Assembly: GCF_006345805.1 (NCBI RefSeq)
Contig: NC_043012.1
Span: 7,378,001-7,442,000 of the forward strand
Source: Octopus sinensis
Lineage: Eukaryota
Direction: 5' to 3'
DNA length: 64,000 nt
Shown here: positions 13,066-27,390 of the stretch, in pieces
Position numbering within the stretch: the stretch's first letter is position 1
Layout: each line of letters starts with the position of its first letter
Program-made: the position numbers and the translations under genes
The notes under the pieces: model-generated
Told to the model about the DNA's origin: nothing
What the model saw: only the letters and a program-made list of their open reading frames with translations
The model's database searches: none

Positions 13066-13959
13066 GCCCTCATCCCTGCTTTTCAATGCTAAACCCGATA
13101 TAAAACAGTCATCAACACTATAAATAAACCTGTTCAATCTCTACCCTCCTCATCACCCCAAATCCTAACCCCTAGTTCAAACTTTGATCTCTTACTTGAC
13201 TATTCTCTCTAAAACCCTTCACAAATCCTCAAGCTGACCCTAATATAGACTAAACTCTGAAAACCAATCCTAACAGCAAACCCACACCAAAATAAGAAAA
13301 ACCACTTACCTTTGGCCATTTGGGATCTATAATACAAGGCATGATATGCAAACAACAAGCAAAATATCAACCAACACTTGAAAGTCAAGTTTTATCTATG
13401 TGTCGAATCATGAAATACACTTGTTTAATAAATACAGTTGTCCTTACATTTACACAGTACATTGCTTCCACAAGTCATCAAACTAATCATTCTCATGAGA
13501 AATCAATTGTTTTTATTTATAAATAGAAACAAATTAATTATTGAAATTAATATAAGAAATACAATTAACGTGTATGTGTGTCATCATCATTTAACATTCG
13601 TTTTTCATGTTGTCATGGGTTGGACTATTTCACACTATCTGAGATGAATTACTACACGTACATCTAATGTCTGTTTTCACATGGTTTCTATGTCTGAGAA
13701 AAATTTTGGTAACACTGACACTAGTAAAATTAAAAAGTAAATTTCAAGGATGAGTGGGCTGCTAGTAGTGAGAGAGGTGGCTTCATCCTAACCTGTAGTA
13801 TGATAGAGAGACAGGCAGAGGTGTGTCGCTGAAGAGAAAGTACATGGCTACCCTGCATATATGTATGTATATAGGTAGACATCGATTAGAGCGCTTTCTC
13901 ATTGCTAATATGTTAACATATGCTTGATGTGTGCTTTAAAAATAAAGTGCTTGCACTGG

Positions 13960-16900
13960 CACTAATTTCTTCAGATGATGAAAATCACGGAGAGGATCAT
14001 AGTCCAACTAATTAGGAAAAGACTTAATCTAGATGAGATGCAATTTGGTTTTGTATCAGGAAGAAACACCAGTCATAATATAATTCTGGTAAGAAACCCC
14101 AGGAGAAGTACCTAACCAAGTATAAACCTATGTACTTGACTTTTGTTGGTATCATAATCATTCAGGTAATAACAGATGAATATAAAACAGGCAGACCCTA
14201 GCAACTCCTCTATGCTGATTACAGGATTACAACTAAACACACATATATTACAATTTATTACATTACATTCAATTCGCCATATATTATTCATTTTATTATC
14301 CATCATCTTTCCCTTCACATTTCAGGTATACTGAAGACCCTTTACTCGTTGCTTCAGACTGCGTAAAATATTGGTGAAAGCAAACAGTTGTCAGACTTAT
14401 TTATGACAAAAAGCGAGTCAGTATGACCAACGTACCCTGTCCTGCACCTGATTGTGCCATGAGTTGGCCTGTAAACAATCCATGGGAGAGAGTACTGACA
14501 AGCCTCATCGATCATCTGCAACAATGACACAGAATGTATGCACCTGCCACCTACAACAAATACAACCCCCTCCTCCAACTACACTACCATTCCCAGCCAC
14601 TGAGGAAAAACGTTTTCGCCTGAGGAAGTAGCTGCTACAATACTACAGCTCCAGCACATTCAACGTCTGCAACCATCGGCAATTCTCCAAGATGTCTGAC
14701 CAATCGATCTACTTAATGCTAAACCAGTCGCCCACCATACGCCCATACCAGTCCTGGTTCATTGGCAAGAGGAAGTAAAAGCAGGTCTCGACCGGAATGT
14801 TCCACTTGGAGTTATCAAGCCTTTTCCCATTGGTACATCTGTCACTTGGTGACAGACAATGGTGGTATGTCCTAACAGGTCTGGAAAACCATCTTAAAGG
14901 AGCATTGAATGGCGCACAGGCACTTAACACTGCCCTATCAGCTATGAGCTGACATTGTACCTTCTTCCACAATTGGGGAGAATCACCGCCATTGCATTTC
15001 CCTATGACAACTGCCGCGCCAAAGTCGGTATTGAGACAATAAAGGGCCTCGTTACAGACAACACTGACACCAATGGCTTCCTTAACACTGACAGTTTCCA
15101 GTGCACAATGCTACAATAAAGAAATACACCTGACCGGGACACACACTTGTCCCCAGCCATGTGCATCTTTGGCAGCCCTATACAATACTTTATTCCCATC
15201 CATCCCGGCAAGTACAAGCTACATTCCACATGGTATGAAACTATGACTTATTGAAAACAAGACCTGCGTAAACACAACATGAGTTTTACTGAATGGTTGT
15301 CAAAACACACATGCTCACTTCTTTCGAACTATGTCCTAATCCAGAGCCAAGTTTGACCCAATCCTACAAATGGGGGGAAAACTGGTGCCATTTAGATGTA
15401 CGTCATTTCGATCTGTACATGTTGAGAGTGGATGGATCAGGCCAAGTCACACTGTGCAACAAAATTCCTCTGGAAGTATCTACTGCTTCTTCCCCACGCC
15501 CCACTGCTCATGGTGTCTGGACCACATGCGTTCCCTACGCCAACACCAGTGATGAGACTACCTTCTCAACCCACTTTAACAGCACCTCATGCAGCTGCAA
15601 CACCAATGCCCACTTCCCGATTCCAAAATTACCATGACCAGAAATGCATCTCACCGCCTACCCACAGAGCGACGCCAACTTACCCCACCTTTACCACAAG
15701 TGGTCATACCCCAATACCCCTTGAAACCCCTGCTTTCCAAAAGTGACCCTTGCCTGATGCAGTTTATCCTCCATCCAGCAATTGTCCTGTTTGTCGCTCT
15801 GCCAGACTCGCAAAGACTGACACAAAAGCCTGATGCACAACTGACACGTTGCTCCTTGATCGTCACACCGTCAATATTGATTAAGGGTCTCTTGCACTAA
15901 TTATTATTTTCGTTAATCATTTAATACATATTATTAGTCTTCTTTGCTTCTCTCAAAGGAATTATGGAGGGCATAGAGGATGACAACTGAACACTCATAT
16001 ATTATCATTTATTACATTACATTCAATTAGCCATACATTATTAGTTTCATTATCCAAATATTTTCCTTCACGTTTCAGGTATACCGAGGACCTTTTTTTT
16101 CATTGCTTCAATCAGTGTACATAAAGTGTTTGTGAAAGCAAAGAGTTTTCACACTTATTTACTAATGAGCTTCTTCTTATAGCTAAATCACTACCAGAAC
16201 TAGAGAACAAATTGTGCGTATGGAAGCAAGGTCTAGAATTGAAAGGTCACAGAATTAACCTACCCAACCCTAACCCAAAGTCTTAGTAAGTAGGAAAACA
16301 GATAAATCGTAAAGCCCTTCAGGTACATGGCCATCCTCAATAGGAAGGAAATAGGTAGGTAGATGTACTCTGTATAACACATAATAAGTGTAGCAATATC
16401 AGAGGAAGGTAAACTGGGAAAATATATTTTGTATGTGGAAGGTGCACATGTACAGTAAACACTAAAAGTGTACAGAAAATGGGCTTCATCAAATACCAGA
16501 GGAGTACGATAAAGATTGTTGAGCAACAAAGTCAGTAGCAGAGGTGGATGAACCAAGAGTGTGGCTGCAAGAATAAAAATAGGCTGAGCAAATTCAGAGA
16601 GCTCCTTCCTCTGTTTGGTAACTAAGGGTCTCTCCTTCAGAGTGAAAGCCAGATTTATTATACCTGTGCAGACAACTATGCTACATGGCAGAAGAAGTAG
16701 ACATAAGAAGGCATTGGACAAGGTGGTAATGCATGATCTTTGACTGTTGAAACTTATAAAGGCAATGACTAATGACCGACACCTTTCATGACATGCCGTG
16801 CCTTAGAAGACAATATATTGTAATTAATTTCCCATCAATTAATTTTTTTCACAACCCCTGCCCACAACATTCATAGAGTGCTTGATGTTAAGAAGGGCAT

Positions 16901-17025
16901 CCAGCCATAGAAACAATGACAAATCAGACTGGAGTCTGCTGCAGACCCTCAGCTTACCAGCTCTGATGAAACTGTCCAACCCAAGCCAGCATAGATAATG
17001 GACATTAAATGATGATGATGATGAC
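13960..17025 (+). mobile_element. Decayed RTE-clade LINE split by a Gypsy insertion (pieces ~13960-14150 and ~16165-17025)
   Basis: EMQFGFVSGR..QEKYLTK..YLTFV before the insertion; LIAKSLPELENKLCVWKQGLELKG, VTKGLSFRVKARF and a GGACATTAAA(TGA)n tail after it. Confidence 0.7.
14220..16163 (+). mobile_element. Internally deleted Ty3/Gypsy LTR retrotransposon with two diverged ~185-bp LTRs (~14220-14408, ~15975-16163)
   Basis: Direct repeats ATATATTA..TTTATTACATTACATTCAATT..GTGAAAGCAAA..ACTTATTT; internal RT start (VHWQEEVKAGLDRNV.LGVI) and integrase end ([17 protein letters not shown]...SPAMCIFG); purine-rich tract before the 3' LTR. Confidence 0.8.
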
Positions 17026-17751
17026 AATTCTTTTTGTAAAACTTTTTCATTTTATGCTGAACATCTAGTTGATTTTATACATTGAATTTACATTTCCAGT
17101 GAAATCAATTTTAATATTTCAAATTCAAAAATATTGAACGAAATAAAATGAGAAACGGAAGCAATTACTACTTCTATATTTGTAAAAACAAAAACAAAAA
17201 GAAACAAATAGAGGAAAATGAGCAAAATTGTGCTAAAGTGAAACTAAGAAACAGAATACTGTGTAAGGCAAGAGACGACTGTATTTTATGAAAGTACAAT
17301 ATTGCATAAACACAAAAAAAAGAAACTATTGCAGAGGGAATTAAACTGAAACAGATATCAACATGACACACACAACCCATGCTAGTATGGATAAAATGAT
17401 TAGATATTTCTGTCGAGAGAAAATTCAATGACAATCTTATGCAACCAACAATAACCTCAAAATATCAGATTATTGTAGATGAGCAACAACTCAAAAAACT
17501 GTCAAAATTCTATGTTCTTACAATGAATTAATTGCAAGTATTTAAGTATGTAGACAACATAATTTCATGTTTTATATGCATCAATACATGTGTAAAAATA
17601 AGTCTCATACTACGTTCATTTTTCCATCCTAGCATGAGTTGGAAAAATATAAGATTTAATAGTTGGGTAACATTGTCGTAGCTAATGCTAATTTTCTACT
17701 AAAGGTTTTCTTTTTCTTTCAAAGTGCAGTTCTAACAAATGATACATTGTA

Positions 17752-18955
17752 CACAAACATGACAAAAGTAAATAGATACCCATTAACACATTGTTTTATG
17801 GTTATTATAACTTGAAGAGGTTATATTTTTTTTTATAATTGACATTATATGTTTCAGGTTCTATATGTAACTGTTTAATCATGCCATGTACAAAAGAAGC
17901 CTAAAAAATGTCCAATTTACAAAGAGGCCATATGCTGCGCCTATTTCAAGGCTGACTTAGCCTAAACCACAGAAAACATTGTGATTCCACTTTCTACAGT
18001 AAATAGAGTAATTTTCAATTCACTAAATGGGAAAGTAGTCCATATCACCTTACCCAGGTAGACTAAGGCCTCTGACAGAACACTTTGCTTTCTTAAGAGA
18101 AGTGTGTAAGATAATCCTCATTGCAAGGCCTCCAATATAGCAGAATAAGTTGATGTCAGTCCCAGAATAGCTGTCAGTATATCTCCGCAAAATTGGCTAT
18201 TATGGCAGAGCAGCAAGAAAGAAGACACTGCTTCGACCAGCCAATATCAAATGGAGAAAAGATTGGACAAGTGAAATGGTGTAGAGAGGTCACTAGCACT
18301 TTGGGACACTGTCAAATTCTCTGATGAATCCAGATTTGCTGTATTTTCTGACACTGGTCGAATGTGGGTCTGGAGAATCAGTCACCAATATTTCCACGTG
18401 AATATATTGCAGCAACAATGAAACATGTGATGGTCTGGAGAGCAGTTTGGAGCAATAGTCAATCAGAAATGGTGGAATGTGAGGGATACATAAACTCAGA
18501 TAAATGTGTCCATATTATAGAAAAATCTTCTTCCTATAACCTCCAGGGGTAAAATGATTAAAGAACACTATTTATGGAAGATAGGGCTTTCTTGCCACAA
18601 CTAAAAGACCCAGGATTGGTTGGAAGAGAATGGCATTAAAAAGAATCCATAGCTAAGCCAATCACCAGATATGAACCTACTGAAACCTCTGAGGCATGAG
18701 GATGGTATACTTCCTAAAAAGAAAAAGAAAGCATCCTTAAAGCCAGATCTTTTGATATTACTGCAAGAAACTTGGCAAGAAAATCATGAAGAGAATATTC
18801 ATCAGATCAGTAGCATGCCTGCTAGGGTCCTTGCATTCAAAAATGCAAGGAGCCTGTCTACTAAATATTAGATATTCACATTATAATAATTAATAAATAA
18901 TTTAAATAAATTTTAACAATTATAAGGATGTCTATTTAATTCTGTCATGTCTATG
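17752..18955 (+). mobile_element. Tc1-family DNA transposon, ~1.2 kb, decayed transposase
   Basis: TIRs CACAAACATGACAAAAGTAAATAGATACCC / GGATGTCTATTTAATTCTGTCATGTCTATG with TA on both sides; motifs FSDESRF, MVW, FMEDRA and QSPDMN. Confidence 0.9.
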
Positions 18956-19229
18956 TAGTTTTGAAGCAAAACACAATGGAAACATTAATATTAAGACCTT
19001 TTCAAAAATCTCTCTCAAGCATTTCATGCACACTGAGATTTTATTGACATTCATTCAAATTCACTCATTCCAAACATGAAACAATTTTTTCCATCAAAAA
19101 CTTTGTGATGTTTTCACTTCTCTAATTTGATCTAGATCCTCTAAGTGTCTCTAATGACTTTATGCCTTAATTTCAATTTGGTGCCTAGATTTTCCTCAGG
19201 GCCAATCACCAAACAGAAATTAATGAGAG

Positions 19230-19700
19230 ACCTAATTGCCTTTCATCTTGATCACATAAATACTCCACATATTGGTGCTCAAATACAGCATGCTCCACAC
19301 TAGGAGATTGACAGTTACCCAGTATATGCAAAAATCGAACACACTTGCAGTACTAAACAAGCCATTACTATTGCATTTTCTGGCTTCATGTTTCCCAATT
19401 ATATCCCAAATTTTTTTATCTCTGCAAACGCTTTCATTCAAATCACCAAGTATGAAGATTTTATAAGCAGAAAGAACACTGCACAGAAGCTTTTTTCATT
19501 AAAGATAAAATATTAGTCTTTTTTTCTCTTCAGAGGAACACATGGTTGGAGGGTAGACACTTACTAAGGTAACAAATCTCTTGTTTGACAATGGCAATCT
19601 CACTGACATCAAGGTAATCAGTAAATCCAAAGAGTTCATAATCTTAGATGCCAATATTTCACAAACATTCAATGGTCTGTACTCTCTTGCAGTAGCAAGA
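19230..19700 (-). mobile_element. RTE-type LINE APE endonuclease fragment
   Basis: LMSVRLPLSNKRFVTLVSVYPPT and WDIIGKHE.RKCNSNG motifs. Confidence 0.7.
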
Positions 19701-20147
19701 TGACACATAGGCCTAGGCTGCAATACTGTGGGACACCTTCAACAGACCTTTCCTATCCATCCACATCCTTCTTGACATTTACTCTAAATTATTTGATTTT
19801 TCAATGAGTATTTTGCACTTTTTGTCAACAGTTACCTATAACATGCATCACATAATTGATATGGTGTATACACACACATGCAATAAGCATCATATAGTTC
19901 CATCAACCACTTTCACTAAAAATGCATTTGTTGATCCCTACCTATAGTCGAAGACTCTTGCCCAAAATGCCACACAGTAGAACTAGACCCTAAACCATGG
20001 CATTGGGAAACAAACATATTTTACATTTGCAAACATATATGTCTTATGGAAATTGTTCAATATACACAGAGAAACAGGTGTTCAATTTACAAACAGCTAT
20101 GGTTAACTAACAGAAAACATAATTTAACAAAAAAATTATGTACTTAC

Positions 20148-20488
20148 AGGTGAAGCTTCACATGGGGATTACTTGTTATTGGTAAAATATACATGTATAA
20201 ACTGGCACCCCTATGGGATTGGAAGAATGGACTAGCAAAACTCTTATAAAAAAATTAGCATATTGGTTGAGACAAAGAGAGTCATTGGGAGTTCATGGAA
20301 GTTGTTGACATTGTTCAGAGTTTTATTTATTAGAATTGTGTTTAGTGGAGTAGTAATCTGAAGTAGGTGTGTGAAGACAGTTGTGTTATCCACGCTTCGT
20401 GAAATTTGCATATCCAACATATAGAAGGATATAAAATAAACAAAAGTTCGCATGTAAACCAATAAGTGTAATCGTTCATTTTTTAACC
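20148..20488 (-). CDS. Candidate internal coding exon, possibly CUB-like; needs a 1-nt homopolymer correction
   Basis: Acceptor TTTTTACTTTCAG and donor GTAAGTA; open end to end if the A7 run at ~20248 is really A6; ..LPMTLFVSTNMLIFYKSFASPFFQSHRGASLY resembles a CUB C-terminus. Confidence 0.4.
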
Positions 20489-21491
20489 CTGAAAGTAAAA
20501 ATGAAAAACATCCTAATAGTAGCGAAAGGAAAATTTTGGCTTTAATATCAGTTCACTACTCTTATTTGAAGTGACAAGCAGCCAAGTATTATACAAATGG
20601 AAACTTTACATGTCTCAGGAAAGATATAAATGCAAGCAATGTGAGACCAACTTTCATTAAAACTACACAAGAAATTCATCAAAATTCATTCACAGATTTT
20701 ATCTCTTAAACTTAAGATGGTGGAGAGGCACAATTGTTAGGGTGTTGGCAAATACCTTCCAATATTTCTACCAGCTCTTTATATTCTAGTTTCAAAATGT
20801 TGAGGCTAACTTGTTTCTCTTCCTTTCATGGTTGATAAAAAAAGTGCAAGTCAAGTAATAAGATCAATTTAATCAATTAACCACTTCCTCTAAAAATTGA
20901 GGCATTCCCCTGTTTACAAACATGACAATTAATCAAATGACTTGGGAAAAATAAATCTGCATGTTAGGAAACAGGATAGCTTTCCTGTCATTCAAATATT
21001 CGTGAATTTACAAATATACCATAATTTCAGCAATCACATAGTCATATTGTAAGAGAGTTCATCATTTCACTAAAGATGCATACACTAATATAGAAACTGA
21101 TATTAATTAAGAAATCTTAACCATAAACAATATTTTTTATGCTATTTCACCAATGAGCAACTAATAAGGCAGAGTTAAATCCATGCTTCCTTCACCAGTT
21201 TATCATATGGCTCCAATCCATTCAAGCCTTTATTGCAAAAAACAGCTCAGTTTGCTAATTCTTTACAAAGGGCAGTACAGGTGAGAAACATAAAATGGAC
21301 AAAATGAGTGATGAGTAGCAATAAAAAAACAAAGCATCTATCTATTTATCTATATATCTATCGAGCTATCAAGCAGTCTATCTTTCTAGGTGTTTGGTAG
21401 TTGGTATGTCTATTCTTCTTCTGACTCTATCTATTTCTGTCTATATATTTATCTATGTTACAATCTGCTTCTCTCTCTCTCTCTCTCTCTA

Positions 21492-21552
<61 letters not shown>

Positions 21553-22049
21553 AGAGAGAGAGAGAGAGAGAGCGACGAGAGAGAGGCGAGAGAGAGAAAG
21601 AGATGTACTTGCATAGCGAGTGGCAAGGTAACATCATTATCTAAACTCGAATATGACACATAAAACATACGTTCGCAAGTACATACACGTCTATTTCTCC
21701 TAAATACTCACATACGTAAGTACATAAGTACATACATACATGCGTATAGGCATGCGCACATACATGTACACATATACATACATACGTACGTACGTACATA
21801 TATATCATGAACTAACTGTTACTTTCTCAGATGCAGCACGGAATTTTGTCAGTGAAGTCGCAGTCTCAAAACAATGAAAATATTTTGACAAATTAAATTA
21901 AATATTAAAGTGAATCTAACGGTTTTGTGTGTTTCTTAAATGGCTTATAAACACCTTCCATGCTGCAATTGTTTTCGTTCCAGTACAGCAAAGTTTACCC
22001 TTACTAAATCCAAATCCTGTCAGCTTTCTCTAATTACACCCCAAAGGCA

Positions 22050-24200
22050 TAAACAAACGACGACAAAGAATAAGACCCGTGATCTTGACACCAAAATTAA
22101 GAAAGGCCTTAACAATTAAAAAATCATATAAAAATAAGAGATTGTATGCTCCCGACTGACAAATCAGTTAGAATGTCTGTTGACAACTTATCTAATTACA
22201 TTTTGAACATGCAACCACACATTGAAAACGAAAAAGTCCTCAATGCTCACATGGGGATGCGGAGTATCATTCTCCAGTCTGAGAATGCACAGCAAACAAT
22301 TTCATAACTACCAACAATGAAATCCCACCCCTATATGGCCTTCGAAAAGATCATAAGATCCACATGGATCATATACTTGGGCCACCTACCCGACCTGTTT
22401 GTGGTGCCAACAATGCAAACAACACCAAAAATATCATATTTTCTTCACAATCATAAGACCCTTAATAGAGTTATCTGCAGATTTACGTGATAGTACTGAA
22501 GACCTCCTTAGCAGGATCCGCGAATGCAAACAAAACACGTGTGACCTCAGAGAGCAGATCGTAGGTATCATGGATGTGGTATCACTATATCCTTCCATTG
22601 ATCTAGCCTTTGCTGTCGAAAAATGTATAACGATAAATTAGTGAGAGCAATATGATATTTAAAATGCGGACATATATGCCCTCTGGGCTCGTCCTGGTCT
22701 GAAATTGTACCAATGAGTATTGTACACCACACCCCAATTTTTTTATGCTTTTCTATAGCTTGTCCTACCGTAGAACATCAACGAGTTAGACCACCTACCA
22801 TTACCTCAGCATACAAAAAGACCCATTGTGAACGCTGACAGGGTTTGATGAGGCAGACTACCCACCTTCAGATGACAGGACATCAGAACTACTATTGCAC
22901 ATGCTATCGGTGTCAGCCTTAGAGAATATACTTAAAACCCATATTTTAAGTTAACAAAAAACTGTATAAACAGACGAAAGTGGTGCTATTGGAGTAGGGA
23001 TCGTCGGTGATGTTGAGCAAACCTCTTCATTGGATGGTGGGACAGACAGTTTAAACAGTGCCTAGTGACCTGTAACATCACTTAGCTATGTACTCTCTAT
23101 ACATTGACGACATTAACATTGTTGTGAAATGTAATAATAATACAGACACAGAGATAGAATCTCTACTAAATGAAGAACAGGTGATGACAGCTATACAACA
23201 CATGGCTAACTCTATCCATAGCAGTATATAAAAGTTACCGTAGACTGCCCCTCTAAACACCCCAGTAACAGATTACCTGTCCTAGATACTGAGCTGTGGA
23301 TAGAAAATACTATGGTTAACGGAACTGTTAAATCCTGTTTACTCACTCACACTCTTGTAAACCTATGGCTAATCCACTGGTAATCCGTAGTAACTCAACG
23401 ATGTCGAGTACTAACAAGCTCAACATCCTGGTGGCAGACTTAGTTAGATTAATGAGGAATGTATATCTCCACTATGCCAACCACAAGAACGACAACACAT
23501 CCAGCACTTCATATTCCGAATGCAATGCCCGGATACACACAATATGACAGAATCAGAGTGTACAAAGGAGCAAAACCAAGATTCAAACACATTCTAAGTG
23601 ATGACGAAAACAGTGTATGGTTCCTATACCGCAACAAGTTCTGGAATAGGTTAGAGAGGGACACCAAGAAAAGAAATAAGACCAATACTTGGTATAACAA
23701 GAGATTTCACAGTGTAATGTTTGTTGATGCCACACCTAAGAACGAATTATGTAAGGCATTCAAGGAAATCCTACACATAACTGGCCTTAAGATCAAGGTT
23801 GTAGAAAAGACAGGTAGGACTATCAAATCTGTATTGTGTAGATCATATCCTTTCGATAGATTCCCATGTCAAAATAATTGTGCAGTATGTTCCACAAAAC
23901 CCACATGTGAAACTGTAAAACCAAGAACATGTGTGCCAAGAAGGAGCTTGCGAGACTACCCAGAGTCATACATAGGTGAAACTTCTAGGAGTATCAATGA
24001 TAGGTTCAAAGAACCACTGGACAACTACATTGAAAAGAAACCAACTCCATCTTCTATATAGCATGCTGTAGACTGTCACAGGGCTCCTTAGGGAGACAGT
24101 TAAACATTTTATCCACACATCCCACTGATGCAATGCTGAGACAGGTCAATAAATCTGCTGTTATACAAGAATACAACCCACTCTCACCGAAAATCCGAAG
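22050..24200 (+). mobile_element. Penelope-like element (Naiad-like), decayed RT plus GIY-YIG
   Basis: PTDKS, PLYGLRKDHK..PTRPVC, MDVVSLYPSI, YKQT..GAIGVG, YIDD, PVLDTELW, KPMANP, SVMFVDATP, CQNNCAVC and YIGETSRS. Confidence 0.9.
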
Positions 24201-24529
24201 GAGAGTAACATCCAGATTCCACTCAGGATGACCATTCTATAACCACCCCTCTCTCTCTCTCTCTCTCTCTCATTTACAAGTAGTAATCCATGTATAAATG
24301 TTGAAATGCATGGTACTAAAATACATATATGCAGTTATATCTAACCGTACGAGCGTACATTGTTTGATAGTATGTACATATGTGTAGATGTATATGTGTG
24401 TATACGTATGTGTATGTGTAAATATACAATGAATTATATATGTATGCATGAAAAAATAAATAAAAAGAATAAATAGAATAAAATAAAACAAGTTTGAATT
24501 TTAACCATTGTCCTTGGAAAATTGTCATA

Positions 24530-25480
24530 TATATGTATACGAACAGCCATGCTACACGGCAGTGAAACATGGCCGTGACTGCTGAAGATATGCGTAAGCT
24601 CGCAAGAAATGAAGCCAGTATGCTCCGATGGATGTGTAATGTCAGTGTTCATACTAGACAGAGTGTAAGTACTTTGAGAGAAAAGTTGGACCTAAGAAGC
24701 ATCAGTTGTGGTGTGCAAGAGAGACGTTTGCACTGGTATGGTCATGTGGCGAGAATGGATGTAGATAGTTGTTTGAAACAGTGCCACGCCCTAGCGGTTG
24801 AGGGAACCTGTGGAAGAGGTAGACCCAGAAAACCTGGGACGAGGTGGTGAAGCACGACCTTCGAACTTTAGGTTCACCGAGGAAATGACTAGAGACCGAG
24901 ACCTTTGGACGTATGCTGTGCGTGAGAAGACCCGGCAGGACAAGTGAGGCCATAATTCCGTGGCCTCTACCTGGGATGTAGCAGCCCATATGCATTCCTT
25001 TCCTACTTGGGACACAAAGCTCCACTTGTGAAGACCTGTTGAGGCAAGTGAAAATCAAAATCGTATTCGATCAACATCAATGGAATTTGTAGCTGTGATA
25101 TCAGTGCTGGTGGCACGTAAGAGAACCATCCGAACGTGGCCATAGCCAGCACCGCCCTAACTGGCCTCCGTGCCGGTGGCACGTAAAAAGCACCATCCGA
25201 TTCGTGGCCATTGCCAGCTTCGTCTGGTCTCCGTGCCGGTGGCACATAAAAATCACCATCCGATCGTGGCCGTTTGCCAGCATCGTCTGGCACCTGTACC
25301 GGTGGCACGTAAAAAGCACCCACTACACTCACAGAGTGGTTGGCGTTAGGAAGGGCATTCAGCTGTAGAAACACTGCCAAATCAGACTGGGCCTGGTGCA
25401 GCGTTCTGGCTTCCCAGACCCCAGTTGAACCATCCAACCCATGCGAGCATGGAAAGTGGACGTTAAATGATGATGATGAT
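24530..25480 (+). mobile_element. RTE-clade LINE 3' portion (ORF2 C-terminus plus 3' UTR with ~60-bp tandem repeats, (TGA)n tail)
   Basis: LHGSETW..MLRWMC..RRLHWYGHVARM..GRGRPRK; ends GGACGTTAAATGATGATG. Confidence 0.9.
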
Positions 25481-25501
25481 ATATATATATATATATAGAA
25501 A

Positions 25502-26400
25502 TAGGGTTGGCAACTAAGTTCCCGCCGTTTTTTTTTATTTAAATTGTTTAAAAGGTTTAATGAAAAAATAACAACTAATTAATCAATAATGTATTCACTT
25601 TTGTTGTTTACAACTTCTTCCAATGTTCAAAAGATTTTCAATACCTTGTTGGTAGAAATCACTCGATTTCGACTCGAAAAATTGATCCAACTAAGCTCTC
25701 AATTCTGTATCAGTACTGAACGAAACTCTGTGCATAGCTTTGAAAGAGATCGAAAGAGGTAGGAAATCCGTTGGTACAAAATCAGGAGAGTACGGCGGAT
25801 GTGGCAGTACTTTCCAGTCATGCGTTTGATTGCTTCCTTGGTTCATATTGGCGATATGGGGGAGGGCAATGCTGGTGCAGCAGAAGAACTCATGCTGCCA
25901 ATTAAATCTTTTCTCTTGAATAGCCGTGTGAGTCGTTCCATCTCTTGAAATAGAATTCTGCATTGGAACATGTGGTTCCCATTTCCGCAACTTCGTACAT
26001 TCATTTTATGCAGATGGAGATCTTGTTTCATGTGCAGTGTCGCTTGTTTACCAGAGCTCAGCCATTCCTTTCCGCTGCTTCATTTTGATGTACAGGCACC
26101 ATATTTTGTCGCCTGTGATGATTCGGTAAATAAATCATTGCTTTTGTCCATGAGTTGAGCGGTGATGAGCAAGCAAACCTGCAGAGATTGTGGCTCATTG
26201 ATTTTGTTGTGTCACTTTAAAGCATTCGGACCCATCCTCCATACATCTGCACCTTTCCATCGAATAAAGATGCTTCTCTATAGCAGTGTGGGAGCATTCC
26301 ATTTTCTCTCATAGTTCCCTGCCTTTTGACAAGGATTTTAGTGCAAAGTCGGTTTAATCGCTCTTCCTCGAACTCAACTGGATAGCCAGAACGAGATTAT
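25502..26400 (-). mobile_element. mariner-family transposon remnant
   Basis: WKVLPHPPYSPDFVPTDF motif; terminus TAGGGTTGGCAACTAAGTTCCCGCCGTTTT. Confidence 0.85.
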
Positions 26401-26406
26401 TAATTA

Positions 26407-27052
26407 TCATCATCATCATCATCATCTTTAGCGTCCGTTTTCCATGCTAGCATGGGTGGACGGTTCTACTGGGGTCTGTGAAGCCAGAAGGCTTCATCAG
26501 GCCCAGTCAAATCTGGCAGTGTTTCTACGCTGGATGCCCTTCCTAACGCCAACCACTCCGTGAGTGTAGTGGGTGCTTTTTACGTGCACCGCCACAGGTG
26601 CCAGAGAGAGCTGGCAAACGGCCACGAACGGTGTGCTTTTTATGTGCCCCCGCACGGGGGCCAGGCAGGCTGGCAACGGACACGAACGGATGGTGCTTTT
26701 TACGTGCCACTGGCACGAGGCCAGTCGGGGTGCGCTGGCAACGGTCGCGAAACGGAAGGTTCTCTTACATGCCACCAGCACTGGTAACACATCTGCAATT
26801 TCCATCGATCGATTTCGATTCTGATCCTCACTTGCCTCAACAGGTCTTCACAAGTAGAGTTTTGTGTCCCAAGAAGGAAAGGTATGCATACGTAGGCTGG
26901 CTCTATCCCATGTAGAAGGCCACGGGTTATGGACTCACTTGTCCTGCCGGGTCTTCTCGCGCACAGCACACTTCCAGAGGTCTCGGTCTCTAGTCATTTC
27001 CTCAGTGAGACCTAAAGTTCGAAGGTCGTGCTTCACCACCTCGTCCCAGGTT
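26407..27052 (-). mobile_element. RTE LINE 3' fragment (same family as 24530-25480)
   Basis: Reverse complement of the same ORF2 end, 3' UTR repeats and (GAT)n tail. Confidence 0.9.
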
Positions 27053-27108
27053 TTATAAATTTTATAAATTATAAATTGAATAATTAATTTCATCCTTTAT
27101 TATTATTG

Positions 27109-27141
<33 letters not shown>

Positions 27142-27204
27142 GATAGATAATAGATAGATAGATAGATAGATAGAAAGATAGTCAAATAGACCTCCTTAAA
27201 AAAT

Positions 27205-27390
27205 CTCTCTCTATCTGAATTTGGTGTGATATGAGGGAAGACGTTGTCATGATGCAGAGGAGCTCCATGCTACCATTAGGTCTTTCTCTTGAATAGCCCG
27301 TGTGTGTTGTCCATCCGTTGAACATAGAGTTCCACGTTGACCGTTTGGCTCTGTTCAATCAGTTCGTAATGGATAATCTTCTACACAGCC
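27205..27390 (-). mobile_element. mariner transposase fragment
   Basis: LHHDNV.PH motif (HHDNA.PH) on the minus strand. Confidence 0.55.
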
